DNA from: an uncultured Chloroflexia bacterium
GTDB lineage: Bacteria > Chloroflexota > Limnocylindria > QHBO01
Reading direction: 5' to 3'
Length of the DNA stretch: 64,000 nt
Assembly (NCBI GenBank): GCA_963825905.1
Contig: CAWGUL010000009.1
Location: 33,687-97,686 of the forward strand
Made by a program: the position numbers and the translations under genes. This document shows, piece after piece, positions 10,073-20,258 of this stretch. Each line of letters starts with the position of its first letter. Positions within the stretch are counted from its first letter, which is position 1. A model generated the notes under the pieces. The model was not told where the DNA came from and did not search any database. It saw nothing but the letters and a program-made list of their open reading frames with translations.

Positions 10073-10302
10073 GGTCGTGCTCCTTGTGGATCGGTTGCGG
10101 TGTCGAATGCGGCGCTCAGCTCCGCGGCGATGTCAGGGTCGAGGAGACGGACGAGCAGGCCGCCGCTCAACAGGGCCCAGTCGTCCGCGGCCGCGGCGGG
10201 CACGGCGAGCGTCGACGCCCGCCGGCGCGCTCCGCCCCGCAGCTCGACGGTGGCGACGGCCCCGTCGACGGCGACGATGCGGACCGGGGCGGTCAGGCAC
10301 AT
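10069..10302 (-). CDS. hypC: Hydrogenase chaperone, HypC/HybG/HupF family
   Basis: N-terminal MCLTAP..IV, 77 aa. Confidence 0.85.
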   Translation of the reverse strand: MCLTAPVRIVAVDGAVATVELRGGARRRASTLAVPAAAADDWALLSGGLLVRLLDPDIAAELSAAFDTATDPQGARP

Positions 10303-10781
10303 GCCGGCACCGCATGCGCGTGCGCGAGGACCCGGATCCAGTGGCCGAGCCGCGCCGTGGCGGCCGGGATGGCCATTCGGACCGATGCGGAGAGCGGCGC
10401 GCCCAGCGCGAAGCGAGCGCCGGCGATGCCGATGAAGCGCCCCTCGGGCAGGGCGCCCCGCATCTCGGTGACGAGGCGGAGCACCGACGGCAGCGGCAGC
10501 GCGTGGGTCGAGGCTGCTGCCGTCGCCTGGTCGGGTTCGAGCAGGGCGGTGAGCGGCAGGTCGACGACCTCACCCGGGGTGGGGCCGCGCACCGCGTCGA
10601 CGATGATCACCGGGCCCGTCGCGTCGAGAAGGTCGTCGGGCATCGGCGCGGTGACGTCGTGAATCGTCACCAGGCGGCGGGTCGTGGCGGGCAGGCGCTC
10701 GACGATGGCGGCGGCGAGCGCGTCGTCGCCCCGCATCGGCTCGCCGCAGACGAGCAGCCTCACCTCGCGCATGGCGGTCAC
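10293..10781 (-). CDS. Hydrogenase maturation protease
   Basis: 'CGEPMRGDDA', 'IIVDAV', 'STHAL'. Appears fused to the large subunit in the ORF track only because of the upstream frameshift. Confidence 0.85.
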   Translation of the reverse strand: MTAMREVRLLVCGEPMRGDDALAAAIVERLPATTRRLVTIHDVTAPMPDDLLDATGPVIIVDAVRGPTPGEVVDLPLTALLEPDQATAAASTHALPLPSVLRLVTEMRGALPEGRFIGIAGARFALGAPLSASVRMAIPAATARLGHWIRVLAHAHAVPACA

Positions 10782-12122
10782 CTGCGCTCCACGTGCAGGT
10801 CGAGGAAGTGGGTCGCGCAGCTGATGCAGGGGTCGTAGCTGCGGATGAGCTGCTCGAGGCGCCGCGTCGCCTCCGCGTGCGGCAGGTCGAGGACCGACGG
10901 GGCGAACGTCGTGAGGTCGTGCTCGATGGCCGCCTGGTTCTGGCTCGTCGGCGGAACGATCTGGGCGTGGCGCACGAGCCCGCGCTCGTCGACCTCGTAG
11001 CGATGGAAGAGCAGCCCGCGCGGCGCCTCGGTCGCCCATGCGGCGACGCCGGGGCGGGCGGTCCATGCGGCGTGCGGCTCTGCCGGTGGGGAGTAGCCGT
11101 CGACCAGGTCGCGGGCCTCGGCCACGGCGTGGACGAGCTCGACCCCGCGGGCCACGATGCTGCGGAAGACGCTCGTCCGGAGCGCGTCGCCCAGGCCGGT
11201 GGCGGCGAGCGCCTCGCGCGCGACCGGATGGAGCTGATCGCCGGCGAGCGAGACCCGAGCGGTCGGGCCGAGGAGGTAGGGGACCGCCGTCTCGGGCGCG
11301 CGCCTGCAGGGCGTTCGACCACGGCACCTGGTGCTCCGCGAAGGCATCGGTCCAGGCGCCGGGCGCGACATCGATCCCGTCGCTCGAGGTGATGCGGCCA
11401 TCGTTCATCGGGTACTCGGTCGGGTGGCGGAGCGCCACGAGCCGCGGCTCGCGCTCGCCGGCCGGTGGATCGAGGGTGGCGGCCCAGCGCACCGTCTCGA
11501 GCGCGTCGGCAAGCGCGGTGTCGAGATCGGTCCGCAGCGGCGCCAGCTCGGCCCGCGACGGCGCGCGGGAGAAGCCACCGACGCGGACGCTGACCGGGTG
11601 GATCGGCCGGCCACCCAGGATGCCGACGATTCGGTTGCCGACCTTCTTGAGCCGCAGGCCGCGCTCGACGATGGCCGGGTGGTCGGCCGCCATCTCGACC
11701 GCGCTCGGGTAGCCGAGGAAGTCGGGCGCGTGGAGGAGATAGACGTGAAGCGCGTGGCTCTCGATCCACTCGCCGCAGTAGAAGAGGCGGCGCAGCGCGC
11801 GAACCGACGGGTCGATCGTGACGCCGAACAGATCCTCGAACGCGTGGACCGCCGACATCTGGTACGCGACCGGGCAGATGCCGCAGATGCGCGCCACGAT
11901 GTCGATGACCTCGTTCGGGTCGCGTCCCACGACGAGGCGCTCGAAGTAGCGCGGCGCCTCGAAGATCTCGAGCCGCGCGCGAGTCACCACCCCGTCACGG
12001 ACCGACAGGTCGAGCCGACCCTCGCCCTCGACCCGGGTCAGCTGGCGGATGGCGTAGCTCGTCGTCGCCTCGTCGTCGGCGGGGATGCCATCGGTCTCGA
12101 GGTCGAGGTCCGCCTCATGCAT
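10778..12122 (-). CDS. Group 3b [NiFe]-hydrogenase (sulfhydrogenase) large/alpha subunit, apparent +1 frameshift at ~11280
   Basis: LTRVEGEG, L1 motif RICGIC in the 12122 frame, and EAPRG plus L2 motif DPCISCATH in the 11401 frame. The frames join at a G4 run (11279-11282). Confidence 0.9.
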
Positions 12123-12918
12123 CGCTGCGCTCCTCCTCGGCGGTCACCGCCCGGCGTGCGCTCTCGCGGAACGGCGGCGCCCAACCGGTGAAGCCGGCGA
12201 ACAGCCGGTCGACCTCGGGAGGCGTGCGATCGATCTCGAGCTGTCGGCGCAGGCCGGCGACGTTCGCCTCCTCACGCGGGCCGAAGCAGGCGTAGCAGCC
12301 GCGGCCGTAGGCCGGGCACAGCGCGCCGCAGCCGGCCTGGGTGACAGGACCGAGGCAGGGGATGCCGTCGGCGACGAGGACGCACACGTTGCCGGCGCGC
12401 TTGCATGACTGGCACACCGACTCCACCGGCAATTGCGGCCGGCGACCGATCCGCACCGCGGTGAGCAATTCGAGGAGCTGTGCGGGCGCGATCGGGCAGC
12501 CGCGCAGCTCGGCGTCGACCTGGACGTGATCGGCGATCGGGGTGGCGGTGGCGAGTGACGAGATCCACTCGGGGCTGGGGTAGACGCTGGCACGCCACGC
12601 CGGCTCGTCGGCCGCGTTGCGCAATGCCTGGATGCCGCCCGCGGTCGCGCAGGCACCGATGGTGACGAGCGTGCGGGTCCGGGCGCGAAGGGCGACGATC
12701 TCGGCGGCCTGCTCCTCGGTGCTCACCGAGCCTTCGACGAACAGGATGTCGTAGGGGCCGTCCGAGCGGGTCGTCCGCGCCTCGGGGAACTCGACGACGT
12801 CGAAGCGGCCGAGGATCGGGAGGAGCTCGTCCTCGAGGTCGAGGAGGGTCAGCTGGCATCCGTCGCAGGAGGCAAGCTTCACCACCCCGACGCGCGGCCG
12901 TGCGGCGGTGTCCATCAC
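12115..12918 (-). CDS. Group 3b hydrogenase small/delta subunit
   Basis: KLASCDGC, EGSVST, IGACATAGG, GCP, C-terminal 'CQSC...CLGPVTQAGCGALCP..GRGCYAC'. Confidence 0.92.
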   Translation of the reverse strand: MMDTAARPRVGVVKLASCDGCQLTLLDLEDELLPILGRFDVVEFPEARTTRSDGPYDILFVEGSVSTEEQAAEIVALRARTRTLVTIGACATAGGIQALRNAADEPAWRASVYPSPEWISSLATATPIADHVQVDAELRGCPIAPAQLLELLTAVRIGRRPQLPVESVCQSCKRAGNVCVLVADGIPCLGPVTQAGCGALCPAYGRGCYACFGPREEANVAGLRRQLEIDRTPPEVDRLFAGFTGWAPPFRESARRAVTAEEERSDA

Positions 12919-14855
12919 AGGCCCTCACGCCCGAAGAGGTCGCCGAGCTCGGAGACGGCGAAGACCGGGCCGTCGCGGCAGATGAAGAAGGGTCCCATCT
13001 GGCAATGGCCGCACAGGCCGATGCCGCACTCCATGTGGCGCTCGAGTGAGACGAACGTCCGCTCCGGCTGGATGCCGCCGGCACGCAGGGCCGCCACGGT
13101 CGCCTCCATCATCCGCTCCGGACCGACGACGAACGCGGCCGCCGGTCGGTCGCGCCAGTCACGCTGGTCGAGGAGCTGGGTCACGATTCCCACGCGTCCG
13201 AGCCATTCCGGCCCGGCGCGGTCGACGGTCTCGCTGACGACGATCCCCGCGTCCGCCCATGCGGCCATCTCGTCGACGTACAGCCGGTCCGCGGGCGTGC
13301 GTGCCCCGTAGGCGAGGAGGACGTGGCCGAACCGATTGCGGTCGCGGATCACGGCGTCGATGAGCGGCCGCAGCGGCGCGAGGCCGATCCCGCCGGCGAC
13401 GATGACCACATCGCGTCCCACCGCACGCTCGACCGGCCAGCCGCGGCCCAGCGGACCGCGCAGGCCGAGCTGCGTCCCCGGGGTGGCAGCGATCACTGCT
13501 GCGGTCGCCGGACCGGCGGCGCGGATCGTGAGCCACAGCGCGCCGTCGGCGACGCGGGAAACCGAGATCGGGAAGGGCGGGAAGCCAGGCTGCTCGACCA
13601 TGACGAACTGGCCGGGCCGCGCCGCGAGCAGGCCGTCATCGGCCGGCACGAGCTGGAGGGTCGAGGTGTCGGCGGTTTCGTGGCGCACCGAGCGGACGCT
13701 GGCGGTGACATAGGCGCCCGGCGCGCCCGCGATGACAGGCAGCTCGGCGAGCGTGCCGGGGTAGGGCGGCGCGATGGCCGCCAGCTCCTCGCGAACGTCG
13801 ATCCCGACGGGGCACCAGGTGATGCAGCGGCCGCAGCCGACGCAGCCGGAGGTGCCGAACTGGTCGACCCAGGTCGCGAACTTGTGCGTCAGCCACTGCC
13901 GGTAGCGATCCTGGCGGCGCGGACGGAAGTTGCCGCCGGCGACCCGGGCGAAGTCGCCGGTGAAGCACGAGTCCCAGCGTCGCTCGGTCCGCGTCGTGAC
14001 GCCGTCGAGGTCGGAGTCGAGCCCGACGCTGGTGCAGAAGCAGGTGGGGCAGACCATCGTGCAGTTCGAGCAGGCGAGGCATCGGTCGGCCACCTCGGCC
14101 CAGCGCGGGTTGTCGAGCTGGTCCATGAGCCGATCGCGCAGCCCCTCGACCACGACCGGGCGGCCCTGCGCAGCGCGCGCCGCCGCCACCCCCGCGCCGG
14201 CGGTGGCGGTCTGCGCCCCTGTGGCTGCCTCGAGGCCCAGCCGGGCCAGGATGCGGGCGCCCTCGTCGGAGCCGGCGGCGGCCACGTAGCCGTCGTCGAG
14301 CTCGGTGAGGACGATGTCGTGCCCCGCGGTCACCTCCGGCCCGGTGGCCATCGAGGCGCAGAAGCAGGTGCTGCCGGCCCGCGTGCACTGCACGGCCACG
14401 ACGAGCGCGGCCGCGCGCCGCGCGCGGTAGTCGTCGTCGACGAACGGTCCACCGGCAAGGACGCGGTCCTGGACGAGCAGGCCCGCGATCTCACAGGCGC
14501 GCACGCCCAGAAAGGCGAGGCGCGGCGGATCGGGCGCCACCGCGGTGAAGGTGGCGACCCCGTCCGGGGCGCGCTCGGCCACGCTCAGCGGGGCGCGCGA
14601 GGGAAACGTGTAGCGCTTGAGCCCCTGCGGCGGCGGGCCGACGTCGAACGTCCGCTCGCCCTCGCGGCGGAGCCGATACCTGCCGGGCGCCTGCTCGTCG
14701 GTCCAGCCGTTCGGCAGCTCCGCCGCCGCGGCGATCGGCTCGTAGGCGAGCGCGCCGTCGCGGACGACCGGACCGATGACCGCGCGCCCTCCCTCGGCGA
14801 GGACAGCGATGAGGCGGTCGAGGTCGTCGCGCGGGAGGAAGCGCTCGCTCACCAC
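12915..14855 (-). CDS. Fused sulfhydrogenase beta (4Fe-4S) and gamma (FAD/NAD(P)) subunits
   Basis: [16 protein letters not shown] and [12 protein letters not shown], followed in frame by [23 protein letters not shown] and [12 protein letters not shown]. Confidence 0.88.
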   Translation of the reverse strand: MVSERFLPRDDLDRLIAVLAEGGRAVIGPVVRDGALAYEPIAAAAELPNGWTDEQAPGRYRLRREGERTFDVGPPPQGLKRYTFPSRAPLSVAERAPDGVATFTAVAPDPPRLAFLGVRACEIAGLLVQDRVLAGGPFVDDDYRARRAAALVVAVQCTRAGSTCFCASMATGPEVTAGHDIVLTELDDGYVAAAGSDEGARILARLGLEAATGAQTATAGAGVAAARAAQGRPVVVEGLRDRLMDQLDNPRWAEVADRCLACSNCTMVCPTCFCTSVGLDSDLDGVTTRTERRWDSCFTGDFARVAGGNFRPRRQDRYRQWLTHKFATWVDQFGTSGCVGCGRCITWCPVGIDVREELAAIAPPYPGTLAELPVIAGAPGAYVTASVRSVRHETADTSTLQLVPADDGLLAARPGQFVMVEQPGFPPFPISVSRVADGALWLTIRAAGPATAAVIAATPGTQLGLRGPLGRGWPVERAVGRDVVIVAGGIGLAPLRPLIDAVIRDRNRFGHVLLAYGARTPADRLYVDEMAAWADAGIVVSETVDRAGPEWLGRVGIVTQLLDQRDWRDRPAAAFVVGPERMMEATVAALRAGGIQPERTFVSLERHMECGIGLCGHCQMGPFFICRDGPVFAVSELGDLFGREGL

Positions 14856-15334
14856 GGGACCGGCTCTGCCTGCTGCGTATAGAGGTCGAGGAGCTGCTGC
14901 CGGGTGGCGCCGAGGCGGCGGCCGATCGCCTCGAGGAGACGGGGATAGAGCGTCGCGGCCAGCGCCAGATCGGACTCGAGCAGCGCGCGCAGCGGCCGCG
15001 CGTCAAAGGAGAGGAGCCGGGTCGGCTCGACCGTCACCGCGGTGGATGTCGACCGATGCGGCGCCACGACCGCGGACCAGCCGACGACGTCGCCCGGCTC
15101 CACGGTGAGGATCGTGACCGGCCCGCGCTCCGGCACACGCATGCGGAGCGCGACCCGGCCGCGGGTGATGATGGCGAAGATCCCCGTGTCGTCTCCCTCG
15201 CGGAGCAGGACGGTGTCGGCAGCGACGTCCCGCAGCGTGGCGGCGGCGGCGAGCCGCGCTCGCGCGTGGAGGGAGAGGCCGGCGCCGAACCAGGTGGCCC
15301 CCAGCTCCGTGGTCACCGCATCTCGAACGTCCAT
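14849..15334 (-). CDS. Cyclic-nucleotide-binding domain protein (Crp-like, no HTH)
   Basis: LLREGD...GRV...ILTVEPGDVVGWSA..., 161 aa. Leaderless start (TAGCGT-6nt-ATG). Confidence 0.85.
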   Translation of the reverse strand: MDVRDAVTTELGATWFGAGLSLHARARLAAAATLRDVAADTVLLREGDDTGIFAIITRGRVALRMRVPERGPVTILTVEPGDVVGWSAVVAPHRSTSTAVTVEPTRLLSFDARPLRALLESDLALAATLYPRLLEAIGRRLGATRQQLLDLYTQQAEPVPW

Positions 15335-15370
15335 GCCACGACGCTACGCCGGGCGCCGGGTCCGGCATGA

Positions 15371-15406
15371 GGGCCGGATGGTCGTGCGTGGCGGGCCATC
15401 TGGCCC
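15371..15406. promoter_or_regulatory. Tandem DosR-like boxes upstream of the hydrogenase operon
   Basis: GGGCCGGATGGTCG (15371-15384) and GGGCCATCTGGCCC (15393-15406), spaced 22 bp. Confidence 0.65.
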
Positions 15407-15438
15407 GTCGCTCCCGTGGACGGTCGCGGAGGCGGGCG

Positions 15439-17103
15439 TCAGCGGGTGCCGGCCAGCTCCTGGAGCAGCCGCCAATTCGCGAGGCGGTCGGCCTGGGTGG
15501 CGAGCATCTCCGCGCTCGGCGTGCCGGCCGCGTCGAAGTGCGGGGCGAAGCGGCCCTCGGTGCGCGCGAAGGCGCAGAAGTCGATCGCCGCCCCGTCGCG
15601 ATCGGTCGCCCAGTCCTCCTTCGGGGCCGGGTTGCCCTGGAGGCTCAGCCGTTCCGCCATGGCGGCGCCGCGACGCGGGTCGTAGGTGAAGAGCGGGAAG
15701 GCGCGCGCGTCGACGGCGAGCTGCGACTGCCGGTTCGAGGCGTCATCGGCGATGCCATGCTCCGGCTGGCAGGGCGTGTAGGCCACGATGACCGCTGGCC
15801 CCGGATAGGCGTTCGCCTCCATGACGGCCCGGTAGAAGTGGTTCACGTGCGCCGGCGTCGTCTGCGCCACGTAGACCTCCCCGTGGGCCATGAGGATGCG
15901 GGACAGCTCCTTCCGCTGCTCGGGCCGGCCGTGGAGGCGCGAGCCGAAGGCGGAGAGCTTCGTGACCTGGCCGCCGAACGACGCCGTCGACGCCTGGCCG
16001 CCGGTGTTCGAGTAGACCTGCGTGTCGAGCACGAGCACCTTGATGTCGGCACCCGAGGCGACCATTCGGGACAGCGATTGGAAGCCGATGTCGTACATCG
16101 CGCCGTCGCCCCCGACGACCCACAGGCGGCGATCCGGGTGGCCGAGCTGGTCCCATCGGGCGCGGATGCCGAGCGCGTCGGCCGGGCCGTTCTCGAACAG
16201 CGAGTTCGTCCACGGCACGAGGTACGGGTTGAACGGGTAGGTGCTGCCGAAGACCGTGTTGCAGCCGGTCGCGGCGACGATGCCCATCGACTCGGGGCCG
16301 TGGACCTGCCGCGTGGCGGCGACGAGCATGCGCAGCGCCGTCGCCTCGCCGCAGCCCGAGCACGAGCCGGCGCCGCCGACGTAGCCCAGGGCGTGCTCGC
16401 CGAGCATGAGGTCGGCGAGCGCCTTCTCGTTGCGGTAGGCGTCCGGCGTCACCGGCAGGCTGCGGAAGAAGCGGAAGTCGCGCGTGTCGCGCTCGACGAC
16501 GGAGTCGCCGCCGGTGGCTGCCGGCGCCTTGTCGACCATCGCCAGCGCGTCGTAGCCGAGCGCGTGGCAGACCTCGACGCATTCACCACAGCCCTTGCAG
16601 TGCGACGGGTCGACGAAGATCCCGAACTGCGCGGGCTCGTTGCCGCGCCGAGCGGGGACCGTCCCGTACTTCGTGGTCTCCGCGAAATGCGCCCGCAGAT
16701 CGCGCTCGACGTCCGCGGACCCGGCGGCGAATCCGGCGATCGCCGGCTCCAGGACCGATGCCGGCTGCGCGACGCCGAGGATCGCCGTGTCGGGGCAGGT
16801 GGTGACGCAGCTCATGCAGCCGACGCAGCGCTCCGGGTCGAAGGCGGGGATGCGCGGCGCGAGCGTGGAGAAGTCGCGGACCGCGGCGGTGCCGGGCGGG
16901 ATGATGCTGCGCGCCACGCCGGCGTCGGCGGGGAGGCTTGCGTCGGCGGTGCCGGCCCGGTAGGCGCCGACGACGGCGTCGTTGAAGTCGTCGACGTAGG
17001 CATGCACGTCGAAGGCGGTCTCGGCGCTGGCCCCGAGGCGCGCCTCGTGGAGCTCCTTCTCCTCGCTCGTGACCTTGATGAGCGGCAGCTCCTCGACGGT
17101 CAT
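15439..17103 (-). CDS. Pyruvate/2-oxoacid:ferredoxin oxidoreductase, ferredoxin + TPP-binding (delta-beta) subunit
   Basis: CVGCMSCVTTCP, CKGCGECVEVC, GSCSGCGE, ATGC, GGDG..YDIG, DTQVYSNTGGQ. Confidence 0.9.
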   Translation of the reverse strand: MTVEELPLIKVTSEEKELHEARLGASAETAFDVHAYVDDFNDAVVGAYRAGTADASLPADAGVARSIIPPGTAAVRDFSTLAPRIPAFDPERCVGCMSCVTTCPDTAILGVAQPASVLEPAIAGFAAGSADVERDLRAHFAETTKYGTVPARRGNEPAQFGIFVDPSHCKGCGECVEVCHALGYDALAMVDKAPAATGGDSVVERDTRDFRFFRSLPVTPDAYRNEKALADLMLGEHALGYVGGAGSCSGCGEATALRMLVAATRQVHGPESMGIVAATGCNTVFGSTYPFNPYLVPWTNSLFENGPADALGIRARWDQLGHPDRRLWVVGGDGAMYDIGFQSLSRMVASGADIKVLVLDTQVYSNTGGQASTASFGGQVTKLSAFGSRLHGRPEQRKELSRILMAHGEVYVAQTTPAHVNHFYRAVMEANAYPGPAVIVAYTPCQPEHGIADDASNRQSQLAVDARAFPLFTYDPRRGAAMAERLSLQGNPAPKEDWATDRDGAAIDFCAFARTEGRFAPHFDAAGTPSAEMLATQADRLANWRLLQELAGTR

Positions 17104-17507
17104 GCCGGCGCCTCTTCCACGATCGCGCGGACGAGGTCGGTGGTCGACACGATCCCGATCGGCACCGCGCCATCCGGGCCCACGACGACGAGTCGGTGCA
17201 CCCGCTCGCGCTCCATGAGCGACGCGGCCTCGGCCATCGTCGCCTCGATCCCGATCGTGAGCGCCGGGCTGGTCATGAGGTGGCGGACGCGCAGCCCGGG
17301 CCACCGGGTCCAGAGGTCCTCGGTGGCGCGGGCGCGAAGCATGTCGGTCTGGCTGATGACGCCGACGAGCCCGCCGAGGGCGTCGACGACCGGAAGGCCG
17401 TGGACGTGATGCATGTCGAGGAGGCGCGCCGCCTCGGCCAGAGGCGCGTCGACCTCGACGACGATCGGCTCGGTGCGCATGAGTGCGCCGACGGTGGTCT
17501 GGCTCAT
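17100..17507 (-). CDS. CBS domain pair protein
   Basis: Two CBS repeats (HGLPVVD...GVISQTD; HRLVVV...GIVSTTD). Confidence 0.9.
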   Translation of the reverse strand: MSQTTVGALMRTEPIVVEVDAPLAEAARLLDMHHVHGLPVVDALGGLVGVISQTDMLRARATEDLWTRWPGLRVRHLMTSPALTIGIEATMAEAASLMERERVHRLVVVGPDGAVPIGIVSTTDLVRAIVEEAPA

Positions 17508-19468
17508 CTAGACGGCCTCCAGGGTGCGAGTGGCGGGAAGGAGCAGCTGGGCGTGGGCGACGGTGCCGGACACGTCGATCACGCCGTCATATGCCGCCTC
17601 CACGACGGCGAGGTTGGCGTCGACGACCGCGCCGCCTCGTTTGCCGAAGAAACGGGTCAGCTGCCGGCGCAGCGCGTCGCGCAGCGCCGGGCGATCGAGG
17701 CCGGCACGCGCCACGAACGGCGCGATGCGGAGGAAGACCCCGGCGAGGGCGACGCCCTGCATGCGGACGGCGAGGTCCGCGCGCGGCGCGTGCTGCAGGG
17801 CGAGCGCGGCCGTGTCGAGCGCCCAGAGCCTGAGGCCGCGGGCGATCATCTCGGCCCGCGCATCGGGCGGCACCGACTGCCAGATCGCGTCCGCCGTTGG
17901 CAGCGAGCTCTGGACGAAGATGTCGCCGCCGTCGGCGAGCCCGGTGAGGGCGCGCGCGTGGCGGAAGGCGGCGACGTCATGGAGCGCCACGAAGTCGACG
18001 CGGTCGAGCTCGCCGTGCTGGCGGATCGGCCCATCGGCGATCGTGAGGTAGTAGGTGGTGGGCAGGCCCTTCTTCTCCGACCCGTAACGCGGGTAGGCCT
18101 GCACGTGGAGGTCGAACAGCTCCCCGACGAGGGTCGCGAGCAGCTTGTTCGTCGTCACCGACCCGAAGCCGCCGATCGAGTGGCCGCGGACGCTGTAGGC
18201 GCCGGGCGGCCGGATGTCGATCGGGACCGGCTCGAGGGCGAGCGGATGGCGGATGCCGAGCACCACGTGGCGGCGTCGGCGCATGGCGTCGGGGTCGGCG
18301 ATCCAGTCGAAGGCGGCGGCGATGTCGCCCGCGGCCACGTCGCGCGAGCCCAGCCCGGCGGACGCGGAGACGACCCGCGGCACGCGGATGCCGTCCGCCC
18401 CCAGGTCGGCAAGCGCCGCCTTCAGCTCCCGCGTGAGCGGGTTGTCGTGCGCCGCAGGCTCATCGGTGCGTTCGATCACGGCGATCGCTGAGGCGTTCCG
18501 CACCACCTGTCCGACCGCTTCCGCGGGGAAGGGCCGAAACGCGGTCACCGTCACCGAGCCGACCCGACGGCCTGCGGCGCGCAGCTGGTCGACCACCGCC
18601 GTGGCGGTGTCGGCCATGGTTCCCATGGCGACGACGATCTGCTCCGCGTCGTCGGTGCGATACCCGCTCACCGGCGCGTAATGGCGGCCGGTGAGCTCCC
18701 CCACTCGCGCATCGCCGCGGCGAGCTCCGCGGGCAGGCGGTCGTAGAAGACGCGTTGTCCGATGCGTCCCTTCATGTACGAGTCCTGGTTCTGGACGACG
18801 CCGGTCATGAGCGCCTCGTCCGGCGAGAACCAGTCGCGGATCCGCTCGCGCGGATCGCCGACGAAGCGGCGCAACAGCTCATCCTCCGGGCGCAGCACGT
18901 TCTCGAGCGTGTGCGTCGTCAGGAAGCCGTCCTGGGCGACGAAGAAGGGCACCTCGCACGCCTCGGCCACGCGGCGCGCGATCGCCGTCAGGTCGGCCGC
19001 CTCCTGGGCGGTCCGGGCGAACAGCATGCCCCAGCCGGCGTCGGCCACGGCCATCATGTCGTCGTGGCCGGCGTGGATGTTCAGTCCCTGGCTGGTCAGC
19101 GCACGGGCGCCGACATGGAAGACGATCGGCAGCCGCTTGCCGCTGATGACGTGGAGCACCTCCTTCATCAGGACCAGGCCCTGGCCGGCGGTGAAGTTCA
19201 CGGCCCGGCCGCCGGCGAGCGCGAAGCCCTCGGCCGCGGTGGCCGACGAGTGCTCCGACTCGAGCTCGAGGAAGGCGAGCGGCGTCCCCCACAGGTTGGT
19301 CCGGCCGTTGGCGACCGCGGCCTGGAAGGCGGCGGCCATGTTCGTCGACGGAGTGATCGGATAGGCGCACGCGCCGTCCGCGATCCGCACCTCCACGTCG
19401 GCGATCGCCTCCGAGCCGTCCATGACGGCCGGCGTGCCGGGATAGCGAGGCGGTGCGGTCAAGGCCAT
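17508..19468 (-). CDS. 2-oxoacid:ferredoxin oxidoreductase alpha-gamma subunit, apparent frameshift at ~18700
   Basis: YPITPST, ESEH, FTAGQGL, DGFLTTH, then FRPFP, GLGSRD, GGFGSVT, YGSEKKG. The frames join at a C5 run (18698-18702). Confidence 0.9.
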
Positions 19469-19503
19469 GTCACGAGGATCGGCCCGGACCGATCCGACCG
19501 GGA

Positions 19504-19539
19504 GGGGCGAGTGACCCCTCCCGGTGGGCCGTTCGGCCC
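19504..19539. promoter_or_regulatory. Tandem DosR-like boxes upstream of PFOR
   Basis: GGGGCGAGTGACCC (19504-19517) and GGGCCGTTCGGCCC (19526-19539), spaced 22 bp. Confidence 0.65.
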
Positions 19540-19550
19540 GTTGGCAGGCC

Positions 19551-20159
19551 TCAGTGCCGCGGCCCGTCGGGCGATACCGAGTGGCGGATCACCGTGCGCA
19601 GCCGCGCCGGCGGGGTGCGGCGCGGGTCGCTGAGGTAGATCTCGTGGTGCGGGCCGCTCGGCCGCTGTCCGGCGCCGGCGATGGCGTCGAGCAGGCGGTC
19701 GATCGTCGGTCCCTCGGCGTCATAGGGACCGATGTGCAGCAGCTGCGCCGCGGGTCCCTCGGCCCAGTGGCGGACGGTGGGCGTCATGGCATCGGGCGCC
19801 GCGTCGCGCGCGCGACTCTGCTCGGCGGCCGCGAGCGCCTCCGCCTCGCTTGCCTCCGGCGGGATCGCGATCATCAGCCGCCAGCGGGCGGGCTCGTCGA
19901 ACCAGTACAGGCCTTCGAGATGGCCGATCGGCGCCGCCACGCCGCGCGCCTTCAGGGCGAAATGGAGCGCGTACGCCGCCGGGTAGAGCGCCGTGATCGC
20001 CGCCTGGAAGTCGGTGTCACCGGCCCGCGAGCGACCGTCGACGGCGAAGAAGCGGCGCAACGGGATCTTCAGGAAGGTGGGCCGTGCGGCGGAGGCGCGG
20101 GCCTCGGCGAGCGGATCGGCGCGGGCCTCGAAGCGTGGGGCTTGGACGGTGGCGATCAT
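19551..20159 (-). CDS. GyrI-like small-molecule-binding protein
   Basis: LEGLYW, WRLMI, HIGPYDAE, HHEIYLSDPRR. Confidence 0.85.
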   Translation of the reverse strand: MIATVQAPRFEARADPLAEARASAARPTFLKIPLRRFFAVDGRSRAGDTDFQAAITALYPAAYALHFALKARGVAAPIGHLEGLYWFDEPARWRLMIAIPPEASEAEALAAAEQSRARDAAPDAMTPTVRHWAEGPAAQLLHIGPYDAEGPTIDRLLDAIAGAGQRPSGPHHEIYLSDPRRTPPARLRTVIRHSVSPDGPRH

Positions 20160-20258
20160 GACGGGGCCTCCACTGCGATCGGAGCCCCAGCATGGATCCC
20201 GTCACCGGTCCCCGCGCGTGCCACCTGTCGCTGTTCGGTGGTCCGTCCGAACTGAACT

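Noticed and set aside
10293-12122. Apparent hydrogenase large subunit-protease fusion
   Set aside because: Produced by the frameshift at ~11280. The true C-terminus with DPCISCATH lies in another frame.
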